A stretch of 64,000 nucleotides of DNA. Origin: Eledone cirrhosa (Eukaryota). The stretch is taken from positions 335,110,001 to 335,174,000 of the forward strand of contig OZ024742.1 in the NCBI GenBank assembly GCA_964016885.1. Reading direction: 5' to 3'. Both the position numbers and the translations under genes were made by a program. The notes under the pieces were generated by a model that saw nothing but the letters and a program-made list of their open reading frames with translations, did no database searches and was not told the DNA's origin. Below are positions 44,415 through 62,454 of this stretch, piece by piece; position 1 is the stretch's first letter, and each line of letters starts with the position of its first letter.

Positions 44415-47400
44415 CACCACTAATACTACCACCAATACCACCACTAATACCACCACTAATGCCACCACTAATACCACCACTAATACCACCATCAATACCA
44501 CCACTAATACCACCACCAATACCACCACTAATACCACCACCAATACCAACACTAATACAACCACCAATACCACCCCTAATACCACCACCAATAACACCAC
44601 TAATACCACCACTAATACCACCACCAATACGACCACTAATACGACCACTAATACCACTACTAATGCCACCACTAATACCACCACTAATACCACCATCAAT
44701 ACCACCACTAATACCACCACCAATACGACCACTAATACCACCACCAATACGACCACTAATACCACCACCAACACCAACACTAATACAACCACTAATACCA
44801 CACGTAACACCACCACCAATACCACCACTAATACCACCACTAATACCACCACTAATACCACCACTAATACCACCACTAATACCACCACTAATACCACCAC
44901 TAATACCACCACTAATACCAGCACTAATACCACCACTAAAACCACCACTAAAACCACCACTAATACCACCACTAATACCACCACTAATACCACCAATGAT
45001 ACCACCACTAATACCACCACCAATACCAGCACTAATACCATCACTAAAACCACCACTAATACCACCACTAATACAACCACTAATAACACCGCTAATACCA
45101 CCACCAATACCAGCACTAATACCACCACTAATAACACCACTAATCCCACCACTAATAACGCCACTAATACCACCACTAAAACCACCACTAATACCACCAC
45201 CAATACCAGCACTAATAGCACCACTAATACCAACACTAATACCACCACCAATACCAGCACTAATACCACCAATAATACCACCACTAATACCACCACCCAT
45301 ACCAGCACTAATACCACCACTAAAACCGCCACTAATACCACCACTAATACCACCACTAATACCACTACTAATACAAACACTAATACCATCACTAATACCA
45401 CCACTAATACCACCACCAATACCAGCACTAATACCACCACTAAACCACCACTAATACCACTACTAATACCACCACTAATACCACCATTAAAACCACCACT
45501 AATACCACCACTAATACCACAACCAATACCAGCTCTAATACCACCACTAAAACCACCACTAATACCACCACTAATACCACCACTAATACCACCACTAAAA
45601 CCACCACTAATACCACCATTAATACCACCACTAATACCACCACTAAAACCACCACTAATACCACCACTAATACCACCACTAATACCACCACTAATACCAC
45701 CACCAATACCAGCACTAATACCGCCACTAAAACCACCACTAATACCACCACTAAAACCACCACTAATAACACCACTAATACCAGCACTAATACCACCACT
45801 AATACCACCACTAAAACCACCACTAATACCACCACCAATACCACCACCAATGCCACCACTAATACCACCACTAAAACGACCACTAATACCACCACTGATA
45901 CCACCACTAATACCACCACTAATACCACCACTAATACCACCACTATTACCACCACTAATACCACCACTAAAACGACCACTAATACCACCACCAATACCAG
46001 CACGAATACCACCACTAATACCACCACTAATACCACCATTAAAACCACCACTAATACAGCCATGAATACCACCACCAATACCACCACCAATATCACCACT
46101 AATACCACCACTAAAAACATCACTAATACCACCACCAATACCACCACTAATACCACCACTGATACCACCACTAATACCACCACTGATACCACCACTAATA
46201 CCATCAGTAATACCACCACTGATACCACCACTAGTACCACCACCAATACCACCACCAATATCACCACCAATACAACCACTAATATCACCATCAATACCAC
46301 CACCAATAACACCACTAATTCCACTCCTAAGACCACCACTAATACCACCATCAATACCAGCACCAATACCACCACTAATACCACCTCCAATACCACCACT
46401 AATACCACCACTAATACTACCACCAATACCATCACTCATACCACCACCAATACCATTACCGATATCACCACTGATACACCACTAATACCACCAACAATAC
46501 CACCACTAATACCACCACTAATACCACAACTAATACCACCACGAATACCATCACTCATACCACCACCAATACCATTACCGATATCAGCACTGATACCACC
46601 ACTATTACCACCACCAATACCACCACTAATACCACCTATAATACCACCACCAATTCCACCACTAATACCACTACCAATACCACCATTAATACAAACACCA
46701 ATAACCACCACCAATAACACCACTACACCACCACTAATACCACCACTAATACCACCACCAATACCACCACCAATACCACCACCAATACCACCACCAATAC
46801 CACCACTAATACCACCACTAATACCACCACTAATACCACCACTAATACCACCACCAATACCACCACTAATTCCACCACTTATATCACCACGAATACCACC
46901 ACCAATACCAACACTAATACAACCACCAATACCACCCCTAATACCACCACTAATATCACCACTAATACCACCATTAATACCACACCACACTAATACCACC
47001 ACTAATACCATCACTAATACCACCACTAATACCACCACCAATACCACCACTAATACCACCACTTATACCACCACCAATACCACCACTAATACCACCACTA
47101 ATACCACATCCAATACCACCACTAATACCACCACTAATACCACCACTAATACCATCACTAATACCACCACTAATACCACCACCAATACCACCACTAATAC
47201 CACCACTAATACCACCACCAATACCACCACTAATAACACCACTAATACCACCACTAATAAGACCACTGATACCACCACTGATACCACCACTGATACCACT
47301 ACTAATACAACCACTAATATCACCACCAATCCCACCACTAATAGCACCACTAATACCACCATCAATACCACCACCATACCACCATCAATATCACCACCAA

Positions 47401-50400
47401 TAGCACCACCAATACCAACACTAATACAACCACCAATACCACCCCTAATACCACCACTAATACCACCACTAATACCACCACCAATACCGCCACCAATACC
47501 ACCACTAATACCACCACTAATACCAACACCAATACCACCACTAATACTACCACTAATACCACCACCAATACCAACACTAATACAACCACCAATACCACTC
47601 CTAATATTACCACCAATACCACCACTAATACTACCACCAATACCACCACTAATACCACCACTAATGCCACCACTAATACCACCACTAATACCACCATCAA
47701 TACCACCACTAATACCACCACCAATACCACCACTAATACCACCACCAATACCAACACTAATACAACCACCAATACCACCCCTAATACCACCACCAATAAC
47801 ACCACTAATACCACCACTAATACCACCACCAATACGACCACTAATACGACCACTAATACCACTACTAATGCCACCACTAATACCACCACTAATACCACCA
47901 TCAATACCACCACTAATACCACCACCAATACGACCACTAATACCACCACCAATACGACCACTAATACCACCACCAACACCAACACTAATACAACCACTAA
48001 TACCACACGTAACACCACCACCAATACCACCACTAATACCACCACTAATACCACCACTAATACCACCACTAATACCACCACTAATACCACCACTAATACC
48101 ACCACTAATACCACCACTAATACCAGCACTAATACCACCACTAAAACCACCACTAAAACCACCACTAATACCACCACTAATACCACCACTAATACCACCA
48201 ATGATACCACCACTAATACCACCACCAATACCAGCACTAATACCATCACTAAAACCACCACTAATACCACCACTAATACAACCACTAATAACACCGCTAA
48301 TACCACCACCAATACCAGCACTAATACCACCACTAATAACACCACTAATCCCACCACTAATAACGCCACTAATACCACCACTAAAACCACCACTAATACC
48401 ACCACCAATACCAGCACTAATAGCACCACTAATACCAACACTAATACCACCACCAATACCAGCACTAATACCACCAATAATACCACCACTAATACCACCA
48501 CCCATACCAGCACTAATACCACCACTAAAACCGCCACTAATACCACCACTAATACCACCACTAATACCACCACTAATACAAACACTAATACCATCACTAA
48601 TACCACCACTAATACCACCACCAATACCAGCACTAATACCACCACTAAACCACCACTAATACCACTACTAATACCACCACTAATACCACCATTAAAACCA
48701 CCACTAATACCACCACTAATACCACAACCAATACCAGCTCTAATACCACCACTAAAACCACCACTAATACCACCACTAATACCACCACTAATACCACCAC
48801 TAAAACCACCACTAATACCACCATTAATACCACCACTAATACCACCACTAAAACCACCACTAATACCACCACTAATACCACCACTAATACCACCACTAAT
48901 ACCACCACCAATACCAGCACTAATACCGCCACTAAAACCACCACTAATACCACCACTAAAACCACCACTAATAACACCACTAATACCAGCACTAATACCA
49001 CCACTAATACCACCACTAAAACCACCACTAATACCACCACCAATACCACCACCAATGCCACCACTAATACCACCACTAAAACGACCACTAATACCACCAC
49101 TGATACCACCACTAATACCACCACTAATACCACCACTAATACCACCACTATTACCACCACTAATACCACCACTAAAACGACCACTAATACCACCACCAAT
49201 ACCAGCACGAATACCACCACTAATACCACCACTAATACCACCATTAAAACCACCACTAATACAGCCATGAATACCACCACCAATTCCACCACCAATATCA
49301 CCACTAATACCACCACTAAAAACATCACTAATACCACCACCAATACCACCACTAATACCACCACTGATACCACCACTAATACCACCACTGATACCACCAC
49401 TAATACCATCAGTAATACCACCACTGATACCACCACTAGTACCACCACCAATACCACCACCAATATCACCACCAATACAACCACTAATATCACCATCAAT
49501 ACCACCACCAATAACACCACTAATTCCACTCCTAAGACCACCACTAATACCACCATCAATACCAGCACCAATACCACCACTAATACCACCTCCAATACCA
49601 CCACTAATACCACCACTAATACTACCACCAATACCATCACTCATACCACCACCAATACCATTACCGATATCACCACTGATACACCACTAATACCACCAAC
49701 AATACCACCACTAATACCACCACTAATACCACAACTAATACCACCACGAATACCATCACTCATACCACCACCAATACCATTACCGATATCAGCACTGATA
49801 CCACCACTATTACCACCACCAATACCACCACTAATACCACCTATAATACCACCACCAATTCCACCACTAATACCACTACCAATACCACCATTAATACAAA
49901 CACCAATAACCACCACCAATAACACCACTACACCACCACTAATACCACCACTAATACCACCACCAATACCACCACCAATACCACCACCAATACCACCACC
50001 AATACCACCACTAATACCACCACTAATACCACCACTAATACCACCACTAATACCACCACCAATACCACCACTAATTCCACCACTTATATCACCACGAATA
50101 CCACCACCAATACCAACACTAATACAACCACCAATACCACCCCTAATACCACCACTAATATCACCACTAATACCACCATTAATACCACACCACACTAATA
50201 CCACCACTAATACCATCACTAATACCACCACTAATACCACCACCAATACCACCACTAATACCACCACTTATACCACCACCAATACCACCACTAATACCAC
50301 CACTAATACCACATCCAATACCACCACTAATACCACCACTAATACCACCACTAATACCATCACTAATACCACCACTAATACCACCACCAATACCACCACT

Positions 50401-53400
50401 AATACCACCACTAATACCACCACCAATACCACCACTAATAACACCACTAATACCACCACTAATAAGACCACTGATACCACCACTGATACCACCACTGATA
50501 CCACTACTAATACAACCACTAATATCACCACCAATCCCACCACTAATAGCACCACTAATACCACCATCAATACCACCACCATACCACCATCAATATCACC
50601 ACCAATAGCACCACCAATACCAACACTAATACAACCACCAATACCACCCCTAATACCACCACTAATACCACCACTAATACCACCACCAATACCGCCACCA
50701 ATACCACCACTAATACCACCACTAATACCACCACCAATACCACCACTAATACTACCACTAATACCACCACCAATACCAACACTAATACAACCACCAATAC
50801 CACTCCTAATATTACCACCAATACCACCACTAATACTACCACCAATACCACCACTAATACCACCACTAATGCCACCACTAATACCACCACTAATACCACC
50901 ATCAATACCACCACTAATACCACCACCAATACCACCACTAATACCACCACCAATACCAACACTAATACAACCACCAATACCACCCCTAATACCACCACCA
51001 ATAACACCACTAATACCACCACTAATACCACCACCAATACGACCACTAATACGACCACTAATACCACTACTAATGCCACCACTAATACCACCACTAATAC
51101 CACCATCAATACCACCACTAATACCACCACCAATACGACCACTAATACCACCACCAATACGACCACTAATACCACCACCAACACCAACACTAATACAACC
51201 ACTAATACCACACGTAACACCACCACCAATACCACCACTAATACCACCACTAATACCACCACTAATACCACCACTAATACCACCACTAATACCACCACTA
51301 ATACCACCACTAATACCACCACTAATACCAGCACTAATACCACCACTAAAACCACCACTAAAACCACCACTAATACCACCACTAATACCACCACTAATAC
51401 CACCAATGATACCACCACTAATACCACCACCAATACCAGCACTAATACCATCACTAAAACCACCACTAATACCACCACTAATACAACCACTAATAACACC
51501 GCTAATACCACCACCAATACCAGCACTAATACCACCACTAATAACACCACTAATCCCACCACTAATAACGCCACTAATACCACCACTAAAACCACCACTA
51601 ATACCACCACCAATACCAGCACTAATAGCACCACTAATACCAACACTAATACCACCACCAATACCAGCACTAATACCACCAATAATACCACCACTAATAC
51701 CACCACCCATACCAGCACTAATACCACCACTAAAACCGCCACTAATACCACCACTAATACCACCACTAATACCACCACTAATACAAACACTAATACCATC
51801 ACTAATACCACCACTAATACCACCACCAATACCAGCACTAATACCACCACTAAACCACCACTAATACCACTACTAATACCACCACTAATACCACCATTAA
51901 AACCACCACTAATACCACCACTAATACCACAACCAATACCAGCTCTAATACCACCACTAAAACCACCACTAATACCACCACTAATACCACCACTAATACC
52001 ACCACTAAAACCACCACTAATACCACCATTAATACCACCACTAATACCACCACTAAAACCACCACTAATACCACCACTAATACCACCACTAATACCACCA
52101 CTAATACCACCACCAATACCAGCACTAATACCGCCACTAAAACCACCACTAATACCACCACTAAAACCACCACTAATAACACCACTAATACCAGCACTAA
52201 TACCACCACTAATACCACCACTAAAACCACCACTAATACCACCACCAATACCACCACCAATGCCACCACTAATACCACCACTAAAACGACCACTAATACC
52301 ACCACTGATACCACCACTAATACCACCACTAATACCACCACTAATACCACCACTATTACCACCACTAATACCACCACTAAAACGACCACTAATACCACCA
52401 CCAATACCAGCACGAATACCACCACTAATACCACCACTAATACCACCATTAAAACCACCACTAATACAGCCATGAATACCACCACCAATACCACCACCAA
52501 TATCACCACTAATACCACCACTAAAAACATCACTAATACCACCACCAATACCACCACTAATACCACCACTGATACCACCACTAATACCACCACTGATACC
52601 ACCACTAATACCATCAGTAATACCACCACTGATACCACCACTAGTACCACCACCAATACCACCACCAATATCACCACCAATACAACCACTAATATCACCA
52701 TCAATACCACCACCAATAACACCACTAATTCCACTCCTAAGACCACCACTAATACCACCATCAATACCAGCACCAATACCACCACTAATACCACCTCCAA
52801 TACCACCACTAATACCACCACTAATACTACCACCAATACCATCACTCATACCACCACCAATACCATTACCGATATCACCACTGATACACCACTAATACCA
52901 CCAACAATACCACCACTAATACCACCACTAATACCACAACTAATACCACCACGAATACCATCACTCATACCACCACCAATACCATTACCGATATCAGCAC
53001 TGATACCACCACTATTACCACCACCAATACCACCACTAATACCACCTATAATACCACCACCAATTCCACCACTAATACCACTACCAATACCACCATTAAT
53101 ACAAACACCAATAACCACCACCAATAACACCACTACACCACCACTAATACCACCACTAATACCACCACCAATACCACCACCAATACCACCACCAATACCA
53201 CCACTAATACCACCACTAATACCACCACTAATACCACCACTAATACCACCACCAATACCACCACTAATTCCACCACTTATATCACCACGAATACCACCAC
53301 CAATACCAACACTAATACAACCACCAATACCACCCCTAATACCACCACTAATATCACCACTAATACCACCATTAATACCACACCACACTAATACCACCAG

Positions 53401-54030
53401 TAATACCATCACTAATACCACCACTAATACCACCACCAATACCACCACTAATACCACCACTTATACCACCACCAATACCACCACTAATACCACCACTAAT
53501 ACCACATCCAATACCACCACTAATACCACCACTAATACCACCACTAATACCATCACTAATACCACCACTAATACCACCACCAATACCACCACTAATACCA
53601 CCACTAATACCACCACCAATACCACCACTAATACCACCACCAATACCACCACTAATACCACCACTTATACCACCACCAATACCACCACTAATACCACCAC
53701 TAATACCACCACTAATACCACCACTAATACCATCACTAATACCACCACTAATACCACCACTAATACCACCACTAATACCACCACTAATAAGACCACTGAT
53801 ACCACCACTGATACCACCACTGATACCACTACTAATACAACCACTAATATCACCACCAATCCCACCACTAATAGCACCACTAATACCACCATCAATACCA
53901 CCACCATACCACCATCAATATCACCACCAATAGCACCACCAATACCAACACTAATACAACCACCAATACCACCCCTAATACCACCACTAATACCACCACT
54001 AATACCACCACCAATACCGCCACCAATACC
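44415..54030. repeat. Higher-order repeat, about 3 x 3,205 bp
   Basis: Markers recur at +3205 (46062/49267/52472; 45440/48645/51850; 44996/48201/51406). The two 865-aa translations differ at only about 2 positions. Confidence 0.92.
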
Positions 54031-57000
54031 ACCACTAATACCACCACTAATACCACCACCAATACCACCACTAATACTACCACTAATACCACCACCAATA
54101 CCAACACTAATACAACCACCGATACCACTCCTAATATTACCACCAATACCACCACTAATACTACCACCAATACCACCACTAATACCACCACTAATGCCAC
54201 CACTAATACCACCACTAATACCACCATCAATACCACCACTAATACCACCACCAATACCACCACTAATACCACCACCAATACCAACACTAATACAACCACC
54301 AATACCACCCCTAATACCACCACCAATAACACCACTAATACCACCACTAATACCACCACCAATAAGACCACTAATACGACCACTAATACCACTACTAATG
54401 CCACCACTAATACCACCACTAATACCACCATCAATACCACCACTAATACCACCACCAATACCAACACTAATACCACCACTAATACCACCACCAATACGAC
54501 CACTAATACCACCACCAATACGACCACTAATACCACCACCAACACCAACACTAATACAACGACTAATACCACACCTAATACCACCACCAATACCACCACT
54601 AATACCACCACTAATACCACCACTAATACCACCACTAATACCACCACTAATACCACCACTAATACCACCACTAATACCACCACTAATACCACCACTAATA
54701 CCACCACTAAAACCACCACTAAAACCACCACTAATACCACCACTAATACCACCACTAATACCACCAATGATACCACCACTAATACCACCACCAATACCAG
54801 CACTAATACCATCACTAAAACCACCACTAATACCACCACTAATACAACCACTAATAACACCGCTAATACCACCACCAATACCAGCACTAATACCACCACT
54901 AATAACGCCACTAATACCACCACTAAAACCACCACTAATACCACCACCAATACCAGCACTAATAGCACCACTAATAGCAACACTAATACCACCACCAATA
55001 CCAGCACTAATACCACCAATAATACCACCACTAATACCACCACCCATACCAGCACTAATACCACCACTAAAACCGCCACTAATACCACCACTAATACCAC
55101 CACTAATACCACCACTAATACAAACACTAATACCATCACTAATACCACCACTAATACCACCACCAATACCAGCACTAATACCACCACTAAAACCACCACT
55201 AATACCACTACTAATACCACCACTAATACCACCATTAAAACCACCACTAATACCACCACTAATACCACAACCAATACCAGCACTAATACCACCACTAAAA
55301 CCACCACTAATACGACCCCTAATACCACCACTAATACCACCACTAAAACCACCACTAATACCACCATTAATACCACCACTAATACCACCACTAAAACCAC
55401 CACTAATACCACCACTAATACCACCACTAATACCACCACCAATACCAGCACTAATACCGCCACTAAAACCACCACTAATACCACCACTAAAACCACCACT
55501 AATACCACCACTAATACCAGCACTAATACCACCACTAATACCACCACTAAAACCACCACTAATACCACCACCAATACCACCACCAATGCCACCACTAATA
55601 CCACCACTAAAACGACCACTAATACCACCACTGATACCAACACTAATAGCACCACTGATATCACCACTAATACCACCACTAATACCACCACTAATACCAC
55701 CACTATTACCACCACTAATACCACCACTAAAACGACCACTAATACCACCACCAATACCAGCACTAATAGCACCACTAATACCACCACTAATACCACCACC
55801 AATACCAGCACGAATACCACCACTAATACCACCACTAATACCACCATTAAAACCACCACTAATATCACCATCAATACCACCACCAATAACACCACTAATT
55901 CCACTCCTAAGACCACCACTAATACCACCATCAATACCACCACCAATACCGCCACCAATACCACCACCAATACCACCACTAATACCACCACTAATACCAC
56001 CACTAATACCACCACTAATACCACCACTAATACCACCACTAATACCACCTCCAATACCACCACTAATACCACCACTAATACCACCACCAATACCATCACT
56101 CATACCACCACCAATACCATTACCGATATGACCACTGATACCACCACTATTACCACCACCAATACCACCACTAATACCACCACTAATACCACTACCAATA
56201 CCACCATTAATACAAACACCAATAACCACCACCAATAACACCACTACACCACCACTAATACCACCACCAATACCACCACCAATACCACCACCAATACCAC
56301 CACCAATACCACCACTAATACCACCACTAATACCACCACCAATACGACCGCCAATAACACCACATGATACCACCACCAATACCACCACTAATACCACCAC
56401 TAATACCACCACCAATACCACCACTAATTCCACCACTTATATCACCACGAATACCACCACCAATACCAACACTAATACAACCACCAATACCACCCCTAAT
56501 ACCACCACTAATATCACCACTAATACCACCATTAATACCACACCACACTAATACCACCACTAATACCACCACTAATACCACCACTAATACCACCACCAAT
56601 ACCACCACTAATACCACCACTTATACCACCACCAATACCACCACTAATACAACGACCAATACCACCACTGATACCACCACCAATACCACCACTAATACCA
56701 CCAAATACCACCATTAATACCACCACCAATACCACCACTAATACCACCACTAATACCACCACTGATACCACCACCAATACCACCACTAATACCACCACTA
56801 ATACCACCATTAATACCACCACCAATACCACCACTAATACCACCACCAATACCACCACTAATACCACTATTACCAACAGTAATACCACCACCAATACCAC
56901 CACCAATACCACCACCAATACCACCACTAATACCACCACTAATACCACCACTTATACCACCACCAATACCACCACTAATACCACCACTAATACCACCATT

Positions 57001-60000
57001 ATACCACCACCAAAACCTCCACTAATACCACCACTTATACCACCACTAATGCCACCACTAATACCACCACTAATACCACCATTATACCACCACCAAAACC
57101 TCCACTAATACCACCACAAATACCACCACTAATACCACCACTAATTCCACCACCAATACCACCACTAATACCACCACCAATACCACCACCAATACCACCA
57201 CTAATACCACCACTGATACCACCACCAAAACCTCCACTAATACCACCACTTATACCACCACTAATGCCACCACCAATACCACCACCAATACCACCACAAA
57301 TACCACCACTAATACCACCACTAATTCCACCACCAATACCACCACTAATACCACCACTAATACCACCACCAATACCACCACCAATACCACCACTGATACC
57401 ACCACCAATACCACCACTAATAAAACCACTAATACCACCATTAATACCACCACTAATACCACCACTAATACCACCACTAATACCACCACCAATACCACCA
57501 CTGATACCACCACTAATACCACCACCAATACCACCACTAATACCACCACCAATACCACCACTAATACCACCACCAATACCACCACTAATACCACCACCAA
57601 TACCACCACTAATACCACCACTGATACCACCACCAATACAACCACTAATACCACCACTAATACCACTAATACCAACACTAATACCACCACCAATACCACC
57701 ACTAATACTACCACTTATACCACCACGAATACCACCACTAATAACACCACTAATACCACCAATAATACCACCACCAATACAACCACCAATACCACCCCTA
57801 ATACCACCACTAATACCACCACTAATACCACCACCAATACCGCCACCAATACCACCACTAATACCACCACTAATACCACCACCAATACCACCACTAATAC
57901 TACCACTAATACCACCACCAATACCAACACTAATACAACCACCAATACCACTCCTAATATTACCACCAATACCACCACTAATACTACCACCAATACCACC
58001 ACTAATACCACCACTAATGCCACCACTAATACCACCACTAATACCACCATCAATACCACCACTAATACCACCACCAATACCACCACTAATACCACCACCA
58101 ATACCAACACTAATACAACCACCAATACCACCCCTAATACCACCACCAATAACACCACTAATACCACCACTAATACCACCACCAATACGACCACTAATAC
58201 GACCACTAATACCACTACTAATGCCACCACTAATACCACCACTAATACCACCATCAATACCACCACTAATACCACCACCAATACCAACACTAATACCACC
58301 ACTAATACCACCACCAATACGACCACTAATACCACCACCAATACGACCACTAATACCACCACCAACACCAACACTAATACAACCACTAATACCACACCTA
58401 ATACCACCACCAATACCACCACTAATACCACCACTAATACCACCACTAATACCACCACTAATACCACCACTAATACCACCACTAATACCACCACTAATAC
58501 CACCACTAATACCACCACTAATACCACCACTAAAACCACCACTAAAACCACCACTAATACCACCACTAATACCACCACTAATACCACCAATGATACCACC
58601 ACTAATACCACCACCAATACCAGCACTAATACCATCACTAAAACCACCACTAATACCACCACTAATACAACCACTAATAACACCGCTAATACCACCACCA
58701 ATACCAGCACTAATACCACCACTAATAACGCCACTAATACCACCACTAAAACCACCACTAATACCACCACCAATACCAGCACTAATAGCACCACTAATAG
58801 CAACACTAATACCACCACCAATACCAGCACTAATACCACCAATAATACCACCACTAATACCACCACCCATACCAGCACTAATACCACCACTAAAACCGCC
58901 ACTAATACCACCACTAATACCATCACTAATACCACCACTAATACAAACACTAATACCATCACTAATACCACCACTAATACCACCACCAATACCAGCACTA
59001 ATACCACCACTAAAACCACCACTAATACCACTACTAATACCACCACTAATACCACCATTAAAACCACCACTAATACCACCACTAATACCACAACCAATAC
59101 CAGCACTAATACCACCACTAAAACCACCACTAATACGACCACTAATACCACCACTAATACCACCACTAAAACCACCACTAATACCACCATTAATACCACC
59201 ACTAATACCACCACTAAAACCACCACTAATACCACCACTAATACCACCACTAATACCACCACCAATACCAGCACTAATACCGCCACTAAAACCACCACTA
59301 ATACCACCACTGAAACCACCACTAATACCACCACTAATACCAGCACTAATACCACCACTAATACCACCACTAAAACCACCACTAATACCACCACCAATAC
59401 CACCACCAATGCCACCACTAATACCACCACTAAAACGACCACTAATACCACCACTGATACCAACACTAATAGCACCACTGATATCACCACTAATACCACC
59501 ACTAATACCACCACTAATACCACCACTATTACCACCACTAATACCACCACTAAAACGACCACTAATACCACCACCAATACCAGCACTAATAGCACCACTA
59601 ATACCACCACTAATACCACCACCAATACCAGCACGAATACCACCACTAATACCACCACTAATACCACCATTAAAACCACCACTAATATCACCATCAATAC
59701 CACCACCAATAACACCACTAATTCCACTCCTAAGACCACCACTAATACCACCATCAATACCACCACCAATACCACCACTAATACCACCACTAATACCACC
59801 ACTAATACCACCACTAATACCACCACTAATACCACCTCCAATACCACCACTAATACCACCACTAATACCACCACCAATACCATTACCGATATGACCACTG
59901 ATACCACCACTATTACCACCACCAATACCACCACTAATACCACCACTAATACCACCACCAATTCCACCACTAATACCACTACCAATACCACCATTAATAC

Positions 60001-62402
60001 AAACACCAATAACCACCACCAATAACACCACTACACCACCACTAATACCACCACTAATACCACCACCAATACCACCACCAATACCACCACCAATACCACC
60101 ACCAATACCACCACCAATACCACCACTAATACCACCACTAATACCACCACCAATACGACCGCCAATAACACCACATGATACCACCACCAATACCACCACT
60201 AATTCCACCACTTATATCACCACGAATACCACCACCAATACCAACACTAATACAACCACCAATACCACCCCTAATACCACCACTAATATCACCACTAATA
60301 CCACCATTAATACCACACCACACTAATACCACCACTAATACCACCACTAATACCACCACTAATACCACCACCAATACCACCACTAATACCACCACTTATA
60401 CCACCACCAATACCACCACTAATACAACGACCAATACCACCACTGATACCACCACCAATACCACCACTAATACCACCACAAATACCACCATTAATACCAC
60501 CACCAATACCACCACTAATACCACCACTAATACCACCACTGATACCACCACCAATACCACCACTAATACCACCACTAATACCACCATTAATACCACCACC
60601 AATACCACCATTAATACCACCACCAATACCACCACTAATACCACCACCAATACCACCACTAATACCACTATTACCAACAGTAATACCACCACCAATACCA
60701 CCACCAATACCACCACCAATACCACCACTAATACCACCACTAATACCACCACTTATACCACCACCAATACCACCACTAATACCACCACTAATACCACCAT
60801 TATACCACCACCAAAACCTCCACTAATACCACCACTTATACCACCACTAATGCCACCACTAATACCACCACTAATACCACCATTATACCACCACCAAAAC
60901 CTCCACTAATACCACCACAAATACCACCACTAATACCACCACTAATTCCACCACCAATTCCACCACTAATACCACCACCAATACCACCACCAATACCACC
61001 ACTAATACCACCACTGATACCACCACCAAAACCTCCACTAATACCACCACTTATACCACCACTAATGCCACCACCAATACCACCACCAATACCACCACAA
61101 ATACCACCACTAATACCACCACTAATTCCACCACCAATTCCACCACTAATACCACCACCAATACCACCACCAATACCACCACTAATACCACCACTGATAC
61201 CACCACCAAAACCTCCACTAATACCACCACTAATACCACCACTAATTCCACCACCAATACCACCACTAATACCACCACTAATACCACCACCAATACCACC
61301 ACCAATACCACCACTGATACCACCACCAATACCACCACTAATAAAACCACTAATACCACCATTAATACCACCACTAATACCACCACTAATACCACCACTA
61401 ATACCACCACCAATACCACCACTGATACCACCACTAATACCACCACCAATACCACCACTAATTCCACCACCAATACCACCACTAATACCACCACCAATAC
61501 CACCACTAATACCACCACCAATACCACCACTAATACCACCACTGATACCACCACCAATACAACCACTAATACCACCACTAATACCACTAATACCAACACT
61601 AATACCACCACCAATACCACCACTAATACTACCACTTATACCACCACGAATACCACCACTAATAACACCACTAATACCACCAATAATACCACCACCAATA
61701 CTACCACTAATACCACCACTAATACCACCACTAATACAACCACCAATACCACCACCAATACCACCACTAATACCACCACCAATACCACCACTAATAACAC
61801 TACTGATACTACCACCAATACCACCACTAATACCGCCACTAATACCACCACTAATACCACCACCAATACCACCACTAATACCACCACCAATACCACCACT
61901 AATACCACCACCAATACCACCACTAATACCACCACTGATACCACCACCAATACCACTACTAATACCACCACTAATACCACTAATACCAACACTAATACCA
62001 CCACCAATACCACCACTAATATCACCACCATTACCACCTCCACCACCATAACTACCACTACCATCACCACCACTACTAGCAATCACAACAACACTATAAC
62101 CACCACCACCACCACTACTACCAACCACTACACTACCACCACTACCATCACAACCACCACCCCACCACCACTACAGCAACCATAACACTACCACCACTAC
62201 CCTCACCACCATACCACCCCTGCCAGCACAACAACACTACCACTACTACCATCACCACCACTCCTACAAGCAACGGCAACACTACCACCACTACCATCAA
62301 CAGCACCCCCACCACCACCACCACTACCACCACTACCATCACCACCACCATTACCGCCACAACCATTGCCAACATATCCACTACCAGCCGCACCACCATC
62401 AC

Positions 62403-62454
62403 GTGACAGCGCAATGGAATTCCATCTTAAAATGAAGTCAAACGATGTATCTCA
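62403..62454 (-). other. Candidate exon, possibly containing a start codon (ATG 62425; MEFHCAV(T))
   Basis: Strong acceptor tttccccctctttccttatgcag and aagATGG context. The donor AC|gtgatg is weak, but its phase 2 matches the 21535 exon. All three frames from the acceptor contain a stop. Confidence 0.3.

Larger units (their letters stand above)
21583..62030. repeat. 12-bp satellite (ACCACCACTAAT)n, about 40.4 kb, with higher-order repeats
   Basis: Continuous 12-mer with recurrent variants (ACCACCACCAAT, ACCAGCACTAAT, ACCACCACTAAA and others). The only interruption seen is one SINE. Confidence 0.98.

Noticed and set aside
21583-62030. Telomeric repeat or CRISPR array
   Set aside because: The unit ATTAGTGGTGGT is not TTAGGG, the array is internal, there are no unique spacers, and the context is eukaryotic.
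21542-62128. Very long ORFs reading (IPPL)n, (TTTN)n, (GGIS)n or (LVVV)n, resembling mucins or glycine-rich structural proteins
   Set aside because: Four of six frames of the 12-mer are stop-free by construction. Indels switch frames repeatedly, a SINE interrupts the array, and there is no signal peptide or unique domain.
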